Assembly: GCA_964016885.1 (NCBI GenBank)
Contig: OZ024746.1
Span: 14,260,001 to 14,324,000, forward strand
Origin: Eledone cirrhosa
Lineage: Eukaryota
Reading direction: 5' to 3'
DNA length: 64,000 nucleotides
Under the pieces are notes generated by a model. The model did not search any database. It had not been told where the DNA came from and was given only the letters and a program-made list of their open reading frames with translations. This document shows positions 13,311-26,727 of this stretch, one piece after another. Numbering within the stretch: the stretch's first letter is position 1; the number at the start of each line of letters is the position of its first letter. The position numbers were made by a program, and so were the translations under genes.

Positions 13311-14871
13311 CAAAAACAATTGCATTGTTTTATTTTTTATTCTTTTCCTGATTTCAGTCATTAGAATGCAGTTATGATGGAGTGCCACCTTAAAAGAATT
13401 TTCGTCGATATAATCAACCCTAGTATTTATTTTCTCGAGCCTGCTATTTCGATATATAACTATGAAATAATTGCTTATAGGTCAATTGTTAGAAGGCCAG
13501 TTTAAATGTTTTGTTATTCTAGCATTATGTCTTACTTTTATGTGTTCTCATAATGTCATAATCAAATTTTATTGCTAGCGCTTTTGTAGAGACCAGTACG
13601 GCAATATATTATTGTATTTTAGAAACGTTTTCGTTTATATAAAGAAACATTATTTCCAGTTACTTTGGTTTCTATTATTTTATATGACATATCCTAAATC
13701 TGACTTTTCACCGAAAACCTATATGAAGCCGACATTTAAATCAGTCACTGAACCAATAAGTTCTTTTCTTATCTCTGCATCTAAATTATCTCTTTTCTTT
13801 CATTTATCAACGTTTCTTATAAGTTTTCTTCTGTCACTGATTTTACTACATCTTGTTGCTGCTTCTTTCCTTATCAGGCATTCTTAGTTTTTAATACTAT
13901 ATTCACTGGAAGACGTTAGATATATTTCAGCTCGAGAGATATCAGCTCGAGAGATATCATCTCATTTTATGCTATTTTATCAGAGCTTTTTGTGTGATTT
14001 CTTAGATCCATTTGTTTTACAATCTTTACGATGCTACTACATATACAATTAGGTATTTTTAGGCTCTTTTTTTTTTAACTTCCATTTTTTTCAGTTATTT
14101 ATTGTTTAGCTTCTATATTCTTTTCAAATTTGATCTCAATGTGTTTTTAACGTTCTTATCTTTGCTTCTTCTTTTGACGCTCAGCTCGAGTTATTCAAGT
14201 AACAGTTTATTTGTACATCTTCATTTTTCTTTCATTTTACATAAAGTAAATTAACAATTCATTTTCATTAAATTTTGAATAAATTAAGCTGAACAATTTA
14301 TTTCAAATTAAAATGCATTTGTTCCTCATTATATTAAGAAGCATGTACATGCGTTTTTTGTTTTTTTTATATAAAATATATAGTTTTATAGCCTAGTTAA
14401 ATTTCTTATGTGTCTGTAATTTCCTTACATGTATACAAATTATTGTTCCGTCTTATTACTGCGAACATGTTCTGCATTTCTCTAATAACATAACTATCTT
14501 ACTTTTCGAATTAACAAATGTTTATTTTCATTTCCGGTTAAGCATTCCTTCGGAAAGAAGGACCAGTATTTTTCATACAAATAACTTCAGGCTAATTGCA
14601 AATATGTCTTTGAATCACATATCCTAACTTTCATATTATTTTGAAATTGACACTTCATAATATTCTAATTTATTTGGATTAGTTCTACTTCATTTATATT
14701 TAGATTTTTATTCATCGTGTTTATTTTCAATCCAATAACTATATTTGTATGCGAAAAGTAAACGTCATCTCCTCCGGGGAAACGCCTTCTCCATTCTGTC
14801 CCGCCGCAGCTGTGGGGAGGCTATCAATATGATTGACTGACTTGTTATTTTATCAGTCAGATGTTCTAATG

Positions 14872-14942
<71 letters not shown>

Positions 14943-15021
14943 TATATATAAAATCAAGGTTTAGTAAATAGAGAAAAAGTTTTAAAATAAATTTTAAAAA
15001 GTTCGCTGTACTTACTATATG

Positions 15022-15095
15022 TACCGCGCGGTTTCAAATCCCAAAATAAATGGATAATCCAGGCGGACATCCATTGAGAAGGGGATTCTCGTCAG
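15022..15095 (-). ncRNA. Hammerhead ribozyme core with palindromic stem III; stem I not evident
   Basis: Reverse complement reads CTGACGA-gaatccc...aatggat/atccatt...gggattt-GAAA-ccgcgcgg-TA. It lies next to (AT)n at 14873-14950. Confidence 0.65.
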
Positions 15096-15619
15096 AAGGT
15101 TCTTCTCGCTCGGAGAATATAAAATTCCCGAGTTCAAATCACAAACTGGCGCCATACAAAACTGTTCCCAGATGAGAATGAATGATGAAGGAGCAAATGT
15201 TGTCTAGTGCCGTGTGTAAAGACAGGAGGCAAGGGCGGACAGGTCAATGTCCTGCCACTAGAAATAGCAGCAGTTCAAACGACCAAAGTTTTATCTCAAC
15301 CTAATTTTTTCTCAACTGTATTTTTTACACATAGGAACATATATTTTATTATTATTATTATATATATATATACGTTCATATATATACATATTGATGGTGA
15401 TAAATGTTATTGAGATAGTAGTCGCATAATCTACTTGTCTTATACACTATATTTGAACTATACGTTTGAAGTATGGGATCAATTGACAGCTTCTTGTTGC
15501 CCTGGTGTGTCTATACGGATGCACGAGTATTTGTGTTCGGATAAATGCTGCTAAATTGAAACGCTCTATTTCAAGTTTAAGCCTTTCCCCGGCGGACCAA
15601 TATTCCCCGACACCAGCTC

Positions 15620-15770
15620 GTATGTTCTATAACCACTTAAGTTATAATTATCACCTAAACTCCCAAGCCAAAACCAGAGATTGTATCTCTCACAAACTAC
15701 CACGAAATTACCCGCCGACTTATTAGCCGGCACGATGATATACCTTTCGCGTAAACCTACTAAACTACTA
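15620..15770 (-). pseudogene. PLE N-terminal DKG-motif region remnant (Naiad-like spelling, inferred)
   Basis: LRERYIIVPANKSAGNFVVVCERY resembles the PLE motif L..kYv.vPADKA.nN.v.vC..yY that precedes the RT. An HHR lies ~500 bp downstream on the same strand. Confidence 0.55.
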
Positions 15771-15942
15771 CTCAACCACGTGTCTATTAAGCATAGATGT
15801 CCCATCATACGTCCAATACAACCTCCTTATCTAATCATTTACCAAGCCTGCTTTGTCACAGTCTGACGAACATTCACTCACAGCTTTGTCACAGCCTGAC
15901 GAACGTTCACTTTGCACAGATAAACAAACAACATACTCACGT

Positions 15943-16047
<105 letters not shown>

Positions 16048-17429
16048 GACACATATTTCCTCTCAAATTATACACGGATTATCTCCCTTTAAAAACCTCT
16101 CAAATATCAAAGAAACCTTTTGACAATCATTTCCCCTAAAAGTCTGACTGAACACACATGTGCTTTTGCGCCAGAATTTTCTTTTTCTGTTTCCTTTCCT
16201 CATTCTCCTCTCTTTTTCTATTGCTTCTTTTATTTTCCATACTATCTATAATGAAAGACTAGCATCCGAAACGCTGAGTCTTTTTTCTTATTATAGTCTC
16301 TTTTCTTATTATATTAAGTTTTAAACTAATATATATCTTCATTGTACTGTATTTTTTTCTGAATTGTTTTCCGTTTACCTTTCGCATACATATCATACAT
16401 ACAAATCAAAGAAACAAAAAAAACATCGTATTAATATCGACAAAAAAAAAACAGTACAGAAAAAACTTTCAATAAAATTAAGTTGACGGAAATGAGATGG
16501 AAACCAAAACAAAACAAGAAATACTTTTCTCAAAGAATGATCGACGGGAACGAATATTAGGAAGCAAATAAAGATAATTCAATAACTCAATTATCCGATT
16601 TGGACAAAAAATATTATTATCTTAGACTATTAATGGAGAAACAATCAAAATAATGTAATCAAAAGAATAGAAATACAGTGAATAAAAATGGATTATTCGC
16701 ATTTTTTAATGGAAATCTTTGGTAAAATAAAAAAGAAATCTTTAAATCCGAACATAAAATGCGGTTGATCTTATTTTCATAGAGATTAAATATCAAGAAA
16801 AAAATACTTATACGAATTTATCTACCTAGACAGATGGCTACTATATTTATCAAATATACGATATAAATTCCAAGAAGTACTAATTAAATGGAAAATAAGT
16901 TACATAATAAACTATGCAGATAAGTCTTTGTTCATATTGTATACATAGAGAAACAAACATAAAAGGCAGAGTATTATGAACATCGTTGAGTTTGTAAAGA
17001 TCACTAATTTATATTCAGACTACAGAGAAAAGAGAAATAAATATCTAAATCAGACTATAAAGAATTCAAATCGCAATAAAGTTGAAACAGGAAAAATATC
17101 CTTCAAGAATACAAATGAGAGAAAAAAATTATTTTCTAGTTTTAGTACATGAACAGTTAAAGATAGTTCTAACTGAAGAGTTTTGTCATTCGACCGAAAT
17201 AGCATAATATATTCTAAGAAATTCAATGAAAAACAAATGCAACCTATAGAAAAATAATAGGACAGAGGAAAATACTGCAAGCAGAATAATTAGACTATAT
17301 ACTTAAAAAAAGAAAAGATCTTTTGTAATTCTTCCTTATTTGAAGCGTTTATTATTGATTAGTTATTAAAATGGTTGATTAAATTTGTTTACTACTGATG
17401 ATACAGGAACATCAGTGATCTGAAAAATA

Positions 17430-17745
17430 ACAAGTATGGTGATGAAGATGTTGAGTGTAATGATACGAATGTTGACAAGATTGATACCCGAAAATGAGGA
17501 GATATTGTTGATGGAGGAGATACTCATGATCATCACTATAAAGATGATGATGATAAAGATGATGATGGTGCTGATGGTGATGTTGATGATGATAATGATG
17601 ATGATGATGATGATGAGGGGGTGATGGGGGTGATGGTGGTGGGTGATGATGACAATGATGATGTTGATGAAGCTGATGATGATGATGATGATAATGATGA
17701 GAATGAGTAGGAGTCTGTTGATGAGGATGATTATGATAAGGAGGG
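17430..17745. repeat. Degenerate (GAT)n low-complexity tract
   Basis: Runs of gatgatgat with substitutions. Confidence 0.85.
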
Positions 17746-17841
17746 GGATATATAAATATATAGAGTAACTTAAATATTTACTATTAGAATATTGTTTTCA
17801 AATGCATTCAGTTCTGTTTTTAATATTTATAGAATCAAAAT

Positions 17842-18610
17842 GGCGGTGGATGAGCATTGTCGGTAGAGCGATGAACAGCATGCTTTATGGCACAGAGTTA
17901 CGCCCCTTTACGATTTGAGGAAAGTTTAACTTTTCATCCTTACGGGGTTGATAAAATAAAGTACCAGTTGCACATTGGGTTGATTTAGTCGACTTTCTCC
18001 TTCCCCCAAAATTGTTGACCTTGTGCCTAAATCAGAAACTTTATAGAACCAAAGGCTGGTGGATTGGCAGAATCGGTAGAGTATCGGACAACATTTTTTT
18101 CAGTATTTAGTTAAAGCATTCTACATTCTGAGTTCTAATCCCGCCAAACTTCAACTTTTCATCCTTCCGAGGTCGTTAAAATAAAGTACCAGTTAATTAC
18201 TAGGGTCTATTTAATTCCCATCCCTACTAATATTTCTGGCCTAAATATTAGAAGATATTATTTACAGAGCAAGTTACGTCCCTTTACGATCTGAGTTCAA
18301 ATCCCGCCGAGGTTGACTTTGCCTTTCATCCTTACGGGGTCGATAAAATAAAGTACCAGTAATACACTGGATAATTGCTGGCCTTGTGCCAAAAAGTAGA
18401 AACAATTATTTACAGAGCAAGTGGCGGTGGATTGGCATATCGGTAGAGGGTCGGACCCCATGCTTTCCTGCATAGTTACGTCCCTTTACGATCTGAGTTC
18501 AAATCCCGCCGAGGTTGACTTTGCCTTTCATCCTTACGGGGTCGATAAAATAAAGTACCAGTAATGTACTGGTAAATTTCTGGCCTTGTGCCTAAAGTAG
18601 AAACAATTAT
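17842..18610 (+). mobile_element. Head-to-tail cluster of four tRNA-SINE copies (~17842-18038, 18054-18255, 18272-18408, 18423-18608)
   Basis: Each copy has the CTTTCATCCTT..GGGTCGATAAAATAAAGTACCAG core. Copies are separated by recurring tttatagaa(t/c)caaa or attatttacagagcaagt linkers. Confidence 0.9.
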
Positions 18611-19123
18611 TTACAGAGCAAGTTTTTTTGTGAAACTGAGCAGATTTTCTTTCGTCTTCTCTTATAAGAAAGTGCATATTCTTCAAAGTTAAATCAACTT
18701 TTACATATATCCTATTCTTTTCTTTATGTGGCATTGGGCCAAAAATAGAAACAATTATTCTTAACTCTGAAGCCGAGAATCATTCGGTTTCCTAAATAGA
18801 ATTTTAGTCTACACACTTCAGTTATACGTGTAATTGTTCTCTTCGCCCCACATAATGACGTATTATCTTCGTTTTTTCCGTTCATTGCCAGGGAACGTCT
18901 CCACGAACCACCTAATAGTATATTTGTCTGCGACTTCATTTATACCATAAACGTGGTTTTGTCTTTGCGTGTTCTCATCACTCCAAATAATGACGTATTA
19001 TCTTTGTTTTTTCCGTTCTTTGCCAGGGAACGTCTCCACGAACCAAAGTATCGTCTTCCTGTCTTCCTTGGGTTGCAACGTTTTTCGAAATATTTACTTC
19101 TGCGTTCACAGATTGATTTTTTT

Positions 19124-19174
19124 AGTTTCAGAAGATCCCGTTAAGGGTGAAAGCAGCGATTCTTTGCTTAAACT
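19124..19174 (+). ncRNA. Hammerhead ribozyme with one core substitution (CAGAAGA)
   Basis: agttt-CAGAAGA-t ccc gttaa ggg t-GAAA-gca...tgc-TT-aaact. A 3' half copy lies at ~8208-8246. The family terminus (tccttatcg.gccctctt.ggattttagtctt) also occurs inverted at ~7850-7885 and ~49715-49748, each beside (AT)n. Confidence 0.65.
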
Positions 19175-19281
19175 TTAATCTGTTATTTTAATAAATATTT
19201 GCTCTACGGTTCTTATATATTTTATATATATTTATCCTTATCGTGCCCTCTTTGGATTTTAGTCTTCAAATTTATTATTAT

Positions 19282-19367
<86 letters not shown>

Positions 19368-21841
19368 TAAGAATGAATTCTAGAGTGTGAGTATATTTGA
19401 TTGATTCAGCTTAAGTAAATTAGGTAAATTACTTAGCTTTAGTGAATTAAATGCGAGAATAATGAAACTTATGAACTAATTAACGATATACCTTCTTGAT
19501 AGATAATGTCTTGTATATAAAACACATTTTAAATACTGTTATTGTGTATTGCTTTTGAAAGTTTAAATCTAAAACGTAGAGCTAGAATATTTCATTAAGA
19601 CATATTTCGGAGGTTCTTTAATTTATGCTTATATATTGATATTACGATGTTACTCTCGTAATATTCTGCAATAGTAATGCACTGTGATGCATTATTGTTA
19701 AGTCAGTCGATTATATAACAATATCATGCTAAAATCATATTCTTTCTAGAAATAAGGAATTATTAAGTGAAGGAAGTGAATTCAAAAATATAAGTCACAT
19801 AATTTCTTCTACCGCCCTTAAATTTGTTGATAACGAATTAAAATATGGAACGTTCTAGTACACAGCCTCATAAAGGACATCACGTTGTAAATTACATATA
19901 TCTTTCAGGCGTCACAATTTAAAGATAAAAATACATTCCATGTAGGACTGTGAATGGATTGTGTATCTCAGAGATTTCGGTTCTTCAAGCAATCCTCCTT
20001 GACTAATTGATATTTCATTGTCAATTACGTATATCTTAGGTTTATCTTTCACAATTCCCTAACTCAAGGTTCCAATCTACATTTCATTACTTTGGTCAAA
20101 TGTATTTATCAAAGTCTCTTTGAGTGAAACCGGGGTAATACGGATACTGTACGGAAGCCCATCGGTTGCAACGTATCTGTATGACTGTGGTAGATATAAC
20201 ACCAGTATCCAGATTTCTGCTACATTAGTGGGATCTAATCTGTTGTAAATATTCAAGCTAGGTTTTCAATCAGAAGATAATTCGACCATCAATTGATTTG
20301 TTAACTAGTGAAGCAAATCATGAGTCGCACCTTCTTCTCACTCTCACCCCCTCTCACTACTCTTTCTATTCGGATTAAGCCTGATATTGACAAGCATATC
20401 ACATACAACATTTTAAACTATTACAGTGAGGCATTAATATGTAGTAAAACCATTTTCCTTATTCGCTTCATCGATGAGCACAGATTCTTCACTTAATTAC
20501 AACCACTGAACCTTTCATAGAATGTAATGTAGGATTTATTCAATCATATGTGATTTGAAACTATATATGTTTATAATTACAAAATGTAAATTTCGGCCAT
20601 ATATCAGTCTTTCTACACCTCATTAGCATATTAATGTTTTCTGAAGCCTGCTTTGATCAGTCGGCAGTAGAAAAAGTGTTATGAAGAATTCAAGCAAGTA
20701 TAATTTGTACAATAACAAAATTTCAGCTAAAAGAAATAACTCAAGTGGGCAAATAACATAGACTTAGATGATTCAATTGCGTGGAAGTTTAAGGAATAAC
20801 ATAGGCAAAATTATCAATGAATGGAAAATTGCTTCTTAGTTGGTGACGATGAAGAGAAATTTAGTGGCAATTGTTAGCGTCTTGAACAGAAGAGTATTTC
20901 TAGAAATTGAGAATTAATTTCACACAAAATTTAATTGTTATACTTGGAGGAAACATCTGATCATATTTTTAGGTTATACATGTTTTGCAAATCCAAGTAT
21001 TTTAAAATTGTCTTTAAGTGGTGAAAATATTTTACAAAAAAAAGACTTATACGTAGAATTTGGCTTGTATAATGTGCATGATTACAAGCTGTGACTGGTG
21101 TGAAAGAACCCAAATAGACTAGTAAATAAAAAAAATTATAATCCAGGCAGGTTCGTGTGATGTGCTGCATGACGAACGCAAATCATCTCCAATTAAGGGA
21201 CACCATTAAGTTTTTAGCATATATAATCTAATACATCGTCACCAACGTTATATATTTGATATACGATTCTTTTTGTAGGGTTGCTTATAAAACAATTAGC
21301 AAAAAATAGAATTTGAAAAATGATTGCTACGTTTATAATCATATTTATGTACATTCTATACATAAAACTTTGATTCTAGTCAAATATAATAAAAAATATA
21401 TATAAATTATTATAATAAAGTTGAATCATTTCATTAGCGATAATAATTTCAATTGAGTGAAATACAACTGTAACATCAATTTGAAAATATCGCCTTTAGT
21501 AAGTAGTAACAATTTACACCTAGGAATTGAATATAAATCTCGATTTCTTTGGAATTTAATATGTAACTATTCTCATAGACTAGATTTAGATATAATACTT
21601 GAAAATCATATATAATTGAAAATTGTTTTTAATTACATTTGCCAGAAGATACGTATATAACATATATAGTTTCATTCGAAACTTTTTCTTGAAGATGTGT
21701 TTCGTCGAATGAGTGAAAGTATGCAAATGTAAAATATCACGCGTTTGTGTAATATGAATTTCTGTGTGTATATACTATATATATATATGTGTGTGTGTGT
21801 ATTAGAGAGTGAGAGAGAGAGAGAGAGAGTGAGCGAGAGAG

Positions 21842-21895
<54 letters not shown>

Positions 21896-21896
21896 C

Positions 21897-22103
21897 TATA
21901 TAAAATTTAAGAATTTTCATTTAGAGCAGTAACACAATCATTCAAAGGTAAGAAGTTATCTAGGCAAATGTATCCACATTATGTGTGTTTGTAGGAATAT
22001 ATAGGCGCAATGTCCACGCATTTTGTGGATACATTTGTCAAGACAATTTCTTACCCTTGAATGATTGTGTTACTCTTTCTAATGAAAGTTCTGAAACCTT
22101 ATA
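21897..22103. repeat. Old, diverged inverted repeat (MITE-like or fold-back)
   Basis: agtaacacaatcattcaaaggtaagaa...aaatgtatccaca pairs with tgtggatacattt...ttcttacccttgaatgattgtgttact. Confidence 0.65.
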
Positions 22104-22774
22104 TTGGTAGAACTGACTTTAGGTTCTAATAGCGACTATCTCTAGCTCTTTGATTAACCTATACGTTTGTCAGACAATATGATTAATTGTTTCTACTTTT
22201 GGCACAAGGCCAGCAATTACCCAGTACATTACTGGTACGTTATGATTAATAATTATACAATATGATTAATAATTATACGTATTAATCAATATTTTAATAT
22301 ATGTACTTCTGTTCCCAACTTTAATTTTAGTACAGCTGCATCTTTTTTAGACCAAACGCACTGCTATTTCTAGCATTCCCGTTGTCCTGCCTGTATCCAC
22401 TTTCCTCACGATGTGCGTTCCGATCTTCTTTTGAATCTATGGTGACTGGTAGTCTATTTACTAAGATGAACTTCTACTGACAATTGATGTTTCATCTTAT
22501 GGTTCCTTCTATTTACCATTTGTCTTTCACCCATGAAATTTACCATCTATGTAAGTTCTTTGACTTGCTATACGATTTTTCTTTGGCAATGCATCTATGT
22601 ACATACACACACACATGTGTGGATGGTCCGAATCGACCTTGTAACAATTTTACTTTCGGATCTTATGTTATTGCACCTATAGAATCGTGTAAACACGCAT
22701 ATTGTGGATACATTAGTCTAGAAAGTTTCTTACCCATGAATTATTATTATTATATATATATATATATATATATT

Positions 22775-22890
22775 GAGTTCAAATCCAGCCGAGGTTAACT
22801 TTGCCTTTCATCCTTACGGGGTCGATAAAATAAAGTACCAGTAATACACTGGGTAATTGCTGGCCTTGTGCCTAACGTAGAAACAATTAT
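22775..22890 (+). mobile_element. 5'-truncated tRNA-SINE
   Basis: B box GAGTTCAAATCC through the tail GGCCTTGTGCCTAACGTAGAAACAATTAT. Confidence 0.85.
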
Positions 22891-25607
22891 ATTATATTAT
22901 ATGTGTAGATATTAGATATAGCTAGACATGTGTGTGTGCGTGTGTGTATATACATACAGTGGTAATTATCTATATCACATATTGCATATACATATGTTAG
23001 TAAGGGAATATCATGAGGAGTAAATTATATTACAAATTTCTTCCATTAATACCGAAGTAATATTTTTATTTTGTTTCAGACATTTTCCTATATATTTAAT
23101 CTATTCATTGCTGTGTTAATTCAGAAGGATATAGTCTCATAATTTTCTTTTTTCATAGAGTAAAACTGGTTTTTGCACATACTAATATTCAATTTCCTGT
23201 GGGGTATAGCTTACTTCAACATTCTTCGATAGATCTATTTTCTTTCTTTACACCAAACTTTGGAAATGTTTAGTAATATATTCTGGAAACGGATTGCATT
23301 CCAGTAAATAATATGAACGTAATCAAAAGCAGTAAAAACATTGATGTTATGCGGGTTTCTTCTAAGAACCTTTATTAATATGAAAGAATTGTATAGAATT
23401 TAACATAGCTGACAGCTAGCAGAAGTCAACATAGTAAATAATTCAAAATCCTGATGTGTCAACCAATAACCTAGCGAATCATAACAAACGTCATGTGTAG
23501 TTAAATATTAAAAAAAGAACGCGAATTTAATGTATATATTACATACAAAGGACCACAAATGTACGGAAACTTACTTGTAAATGACTTTATGGTTTTCTAA
23601 AATTAATAAAATAATGAACACACATCAGAATGATCACCATGAACATTTTTAATACATTTTTCAACACTAAGATAATTAAACTTTCAAATTCTCATTCCAA
23701 GAGATTCAAAGTGTACTCAACAACACGCATACACACACATTTGTATGTATTTTGTGCAACAACAATTATACAACTATTGTCTAGAGTTTCACATATATTT
23801 GTCATATTCAGAGAGTGACATAAACCATTGGGCCATTATCAATCATTTTCTTTCTCCAGCACTAGACCATTTGTGGTATCGTGTAGTTACTTCTGTGAAA
23901 TGTTTAGCATATAGTATATCATATGTTCAGTATCTCGTGTAAACTTGTAAGTCTTAATGAAATTTAAATCAAAAGACAGCGCTTTCTGGTTAGTTATTTA
24001 ATGAATATATTATAGTATCGTCCATATTGGTGGATATGATTCTGGATCGATTTTATGAACCATGAATGTTATTGTGTGCAATAACTGTGCATAACACATA
24101 GTTTAAAGATTTTTGTATGTTTCATTTCTCCCTGCCATATTCCAAAGCTTTCAGAGTATGCCATAACTTAAATTTCCTCCATATAATTGCTTCATTAAGT
24201 TAATGAAGACGATAATAAATATATTTATGGATTTCCTTCTGTAACTTACACTGAAGTGGTAATTTTGTGTCTACGCGCTTTTGTAAATAAAAGGCCATGT
24301 AATTACAGTTGTAGTCATTATCTTGTATATATTCCATTAAAGTAAAATGTAATCTTGCCTTCATTCTTTCTGGCGTGGGAGATAGTGTAGGTGTACAGTT
24401 TGACGAAAATTAATAAAAGATACACTGCATAAATGGGGACAAACATTGATGTCTATTTAATTTCGTAAAGTTTGGAGTAAGTTTCATCCAACTAAAGATG
24501 GTCAGAAGAAATATCTGAAGCTGTTGCTGCTGTTAGATATTTCAAGTATGCTTTCAAATTTGTTTTAATATAATAGAATAATTAAAACTTGAGCGATTCT
24601 ATGTGCAATCAGAAAACTTTGATAACTCTTTATACTTCCATTCAAGTTTGAAAAACGCTTTTCCTAATAATCGAAATGACGATAGCTAACCTAACATTTT
24701 AGAAAACATATGTATACATAATACATTTGAAATCTATCTATAGAAAGATATACACTGCATCGTCACTATTTTGTTGAATGGTAACATTCCGATGAAGCAT
24801 TTTATGTGTTTACGTTTTCATTATTACAAATTAGCTCAGCATTGAAAACACTCTAACGTGTAAGAGAATCCGGCGGCTTACATCAGCTATATAGAATATA
24901 GATACAAAACTTATTTAAAGCTTCCTCTAAAACATTTCCTTTGGCTACATAGCACATTGCAATAATTATTTGTTTATGGCCGTTAATGCAAGTTGATGTA
25001 TTTGCAGTATTGCTAAATATGTAACAAAATAAATACTCCTCCATATTCGTCCCTCTATTTATTATATTGACCACTTTAGCAACAACTACAATATTTATTC
25101 AAATGGATATTTTCCACCAAAATAAGAAGAGAAACTTACATCATTCATATAGAAAATAAGTAATACTTTTGACATAGTGTTTTTGTTGAAATATATGCAC
25201 TGTTCTGATTCTATGGTATCAGCTGTAATTTGTATAGCTATATAATGTGTAAGCTCAAATAGGATTCTTCCTTTATAGTGTATATCGATTGCACTACACT
25301 CTCTATATGATCGTGATTTCTTTTCGGCCTGTTCATGTTATAACATAATTCTTATTAGTGTATTACATGTTGAACACAAAGAATTATTAACATATATTGA
25401 TTTTACTATAATATAACATATATATATTTATGTCTTCATGATGAAAAACACCTGATATATTGAATGAAAAGAAAAAAAATGCAATTCGGATAAACTACTT
25501 CAATATTTACTGGGGATTCTTTATAAACCCAATAAATATATCGTAAGTACATTTGATTGAATTGTACAGAGGAATGCTACTACTACAAATAAAAAAAGTA
25601 CGTTATA

Positions 25608-25661
<54 letters not shown>

Positions 25662-25664
<3 letters not shown>

Positions 25665-25862
25665 TTGCGAGGTTTTTGACATGAAATCGTGTGTCGAAGC
25701 AAATATTGTTATACTTGGGGAGGGTCATACATTAATAACAGAACACACTCACTGTTTGGTTGGTTTTCGCTTCTGTATCTTTTATATCAGTTAATTTATA
25801 TCAGTTAATTAATTCTGGCATTTATTACAACAATATGACGCTCCCCAAGTATAACAATATAT
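25662..25862. mobile_element. Short fold-back of the same pLTR terminus seen at 2820-2915 and 4085-4138, between (AT)n tracts
   Basis: gaaatcgtgtgt.gaa.c..atattgttatactt.gggagggtcat is shared with 2837-2882. The inverted copy tatgacgctccccaagtataacaatat lies at ~25834-25860. A further diverged copy is at ~34900-34985 (minus). Confidence 0.7.
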
Positions 25863-26440
25863 ATATAGTGTTGTAGTGCTTAGAAAAGTAAGGGAAACAC
25901 AAACATAAGACAATTCCCCTCTTCAGTTGTCTGCTTTGGGTCTCGGATGTGACGCATTAAAGACGACACATCTATCCACAGTGCGTTAATATCTTCAGAA
26001 AGTTATTAGGGAAGGAAAAGACAAAAAAAGGACGATAGCGAAGAGAAAGAAAATAAACAGAAGAAAAAAAGAAAACATACCGATAGAGAGGGGAAAACAC
26101 GAGACAGTAGAACTTGTATGTATGTACATATATATGATTATTAAGGCCAGTTCCTACAACGTTGCCATACGAGGTACGTACGTGCGTTCCGCTGACCCTG
26201 AGGGCCGATTTGTTCAACCTCTGCCGATGAAAATAAACCAAAAGATGTTTACTAAAAAAGGATGAAAATGAAAGAGAGGAGAGTCAAACCAAGAGCAGAT
26301 AATCCATGTGGTATAGAGGAGACAATTTGACCTAAAAAATATCATGAACAAATTCTAAAATTACTAATAATTATGAGTGGGGTTAGAAAAAATCTATAGG
26401 CTACGAAAAATATAAATCGATATTAAGGAGGCCGTTTCTT

Positions 26441-26727
26441 CACCACACCTCCTACAGTAGACACTACACCACACCTCCTACAGTAGACACTACACCACAC
26501 CTCCTACAGTAGACACTACACTACACCTCCTACAGTAGACACTACACCACACCTCCTACAGTAGACACTACACTACACCTCCTACAGTAGACACTACACC
26601 ACACCTCCTACAGTAGACACTACACCACACCTCCTACAGTAGACACTACACTACACCTCCTACAGTAGACACTACACTACACCTCCTACAGTAGACACTA
26701 CACCACACCTACAGTAGACACTACACT
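26441..26727. repeat. 26-bp minisatellite, ~11 copies
   Basis: Unit ac(c/t)acacctcctacagtagacactac; period 26 (cctacagtag at 26451, 26477, ...). Confidence 0.95.

Noticed and set aside
17436-17624. Met/Asp-rich ORF
   Set aside because: It is a degenerate (GAT)n low-complexity tract.
26441-26727. CRISPR-like short repeats
   Set aside because: It is a pure 26-bp tandem repeat with no spacers or cas genes, in a eukaryotic context.
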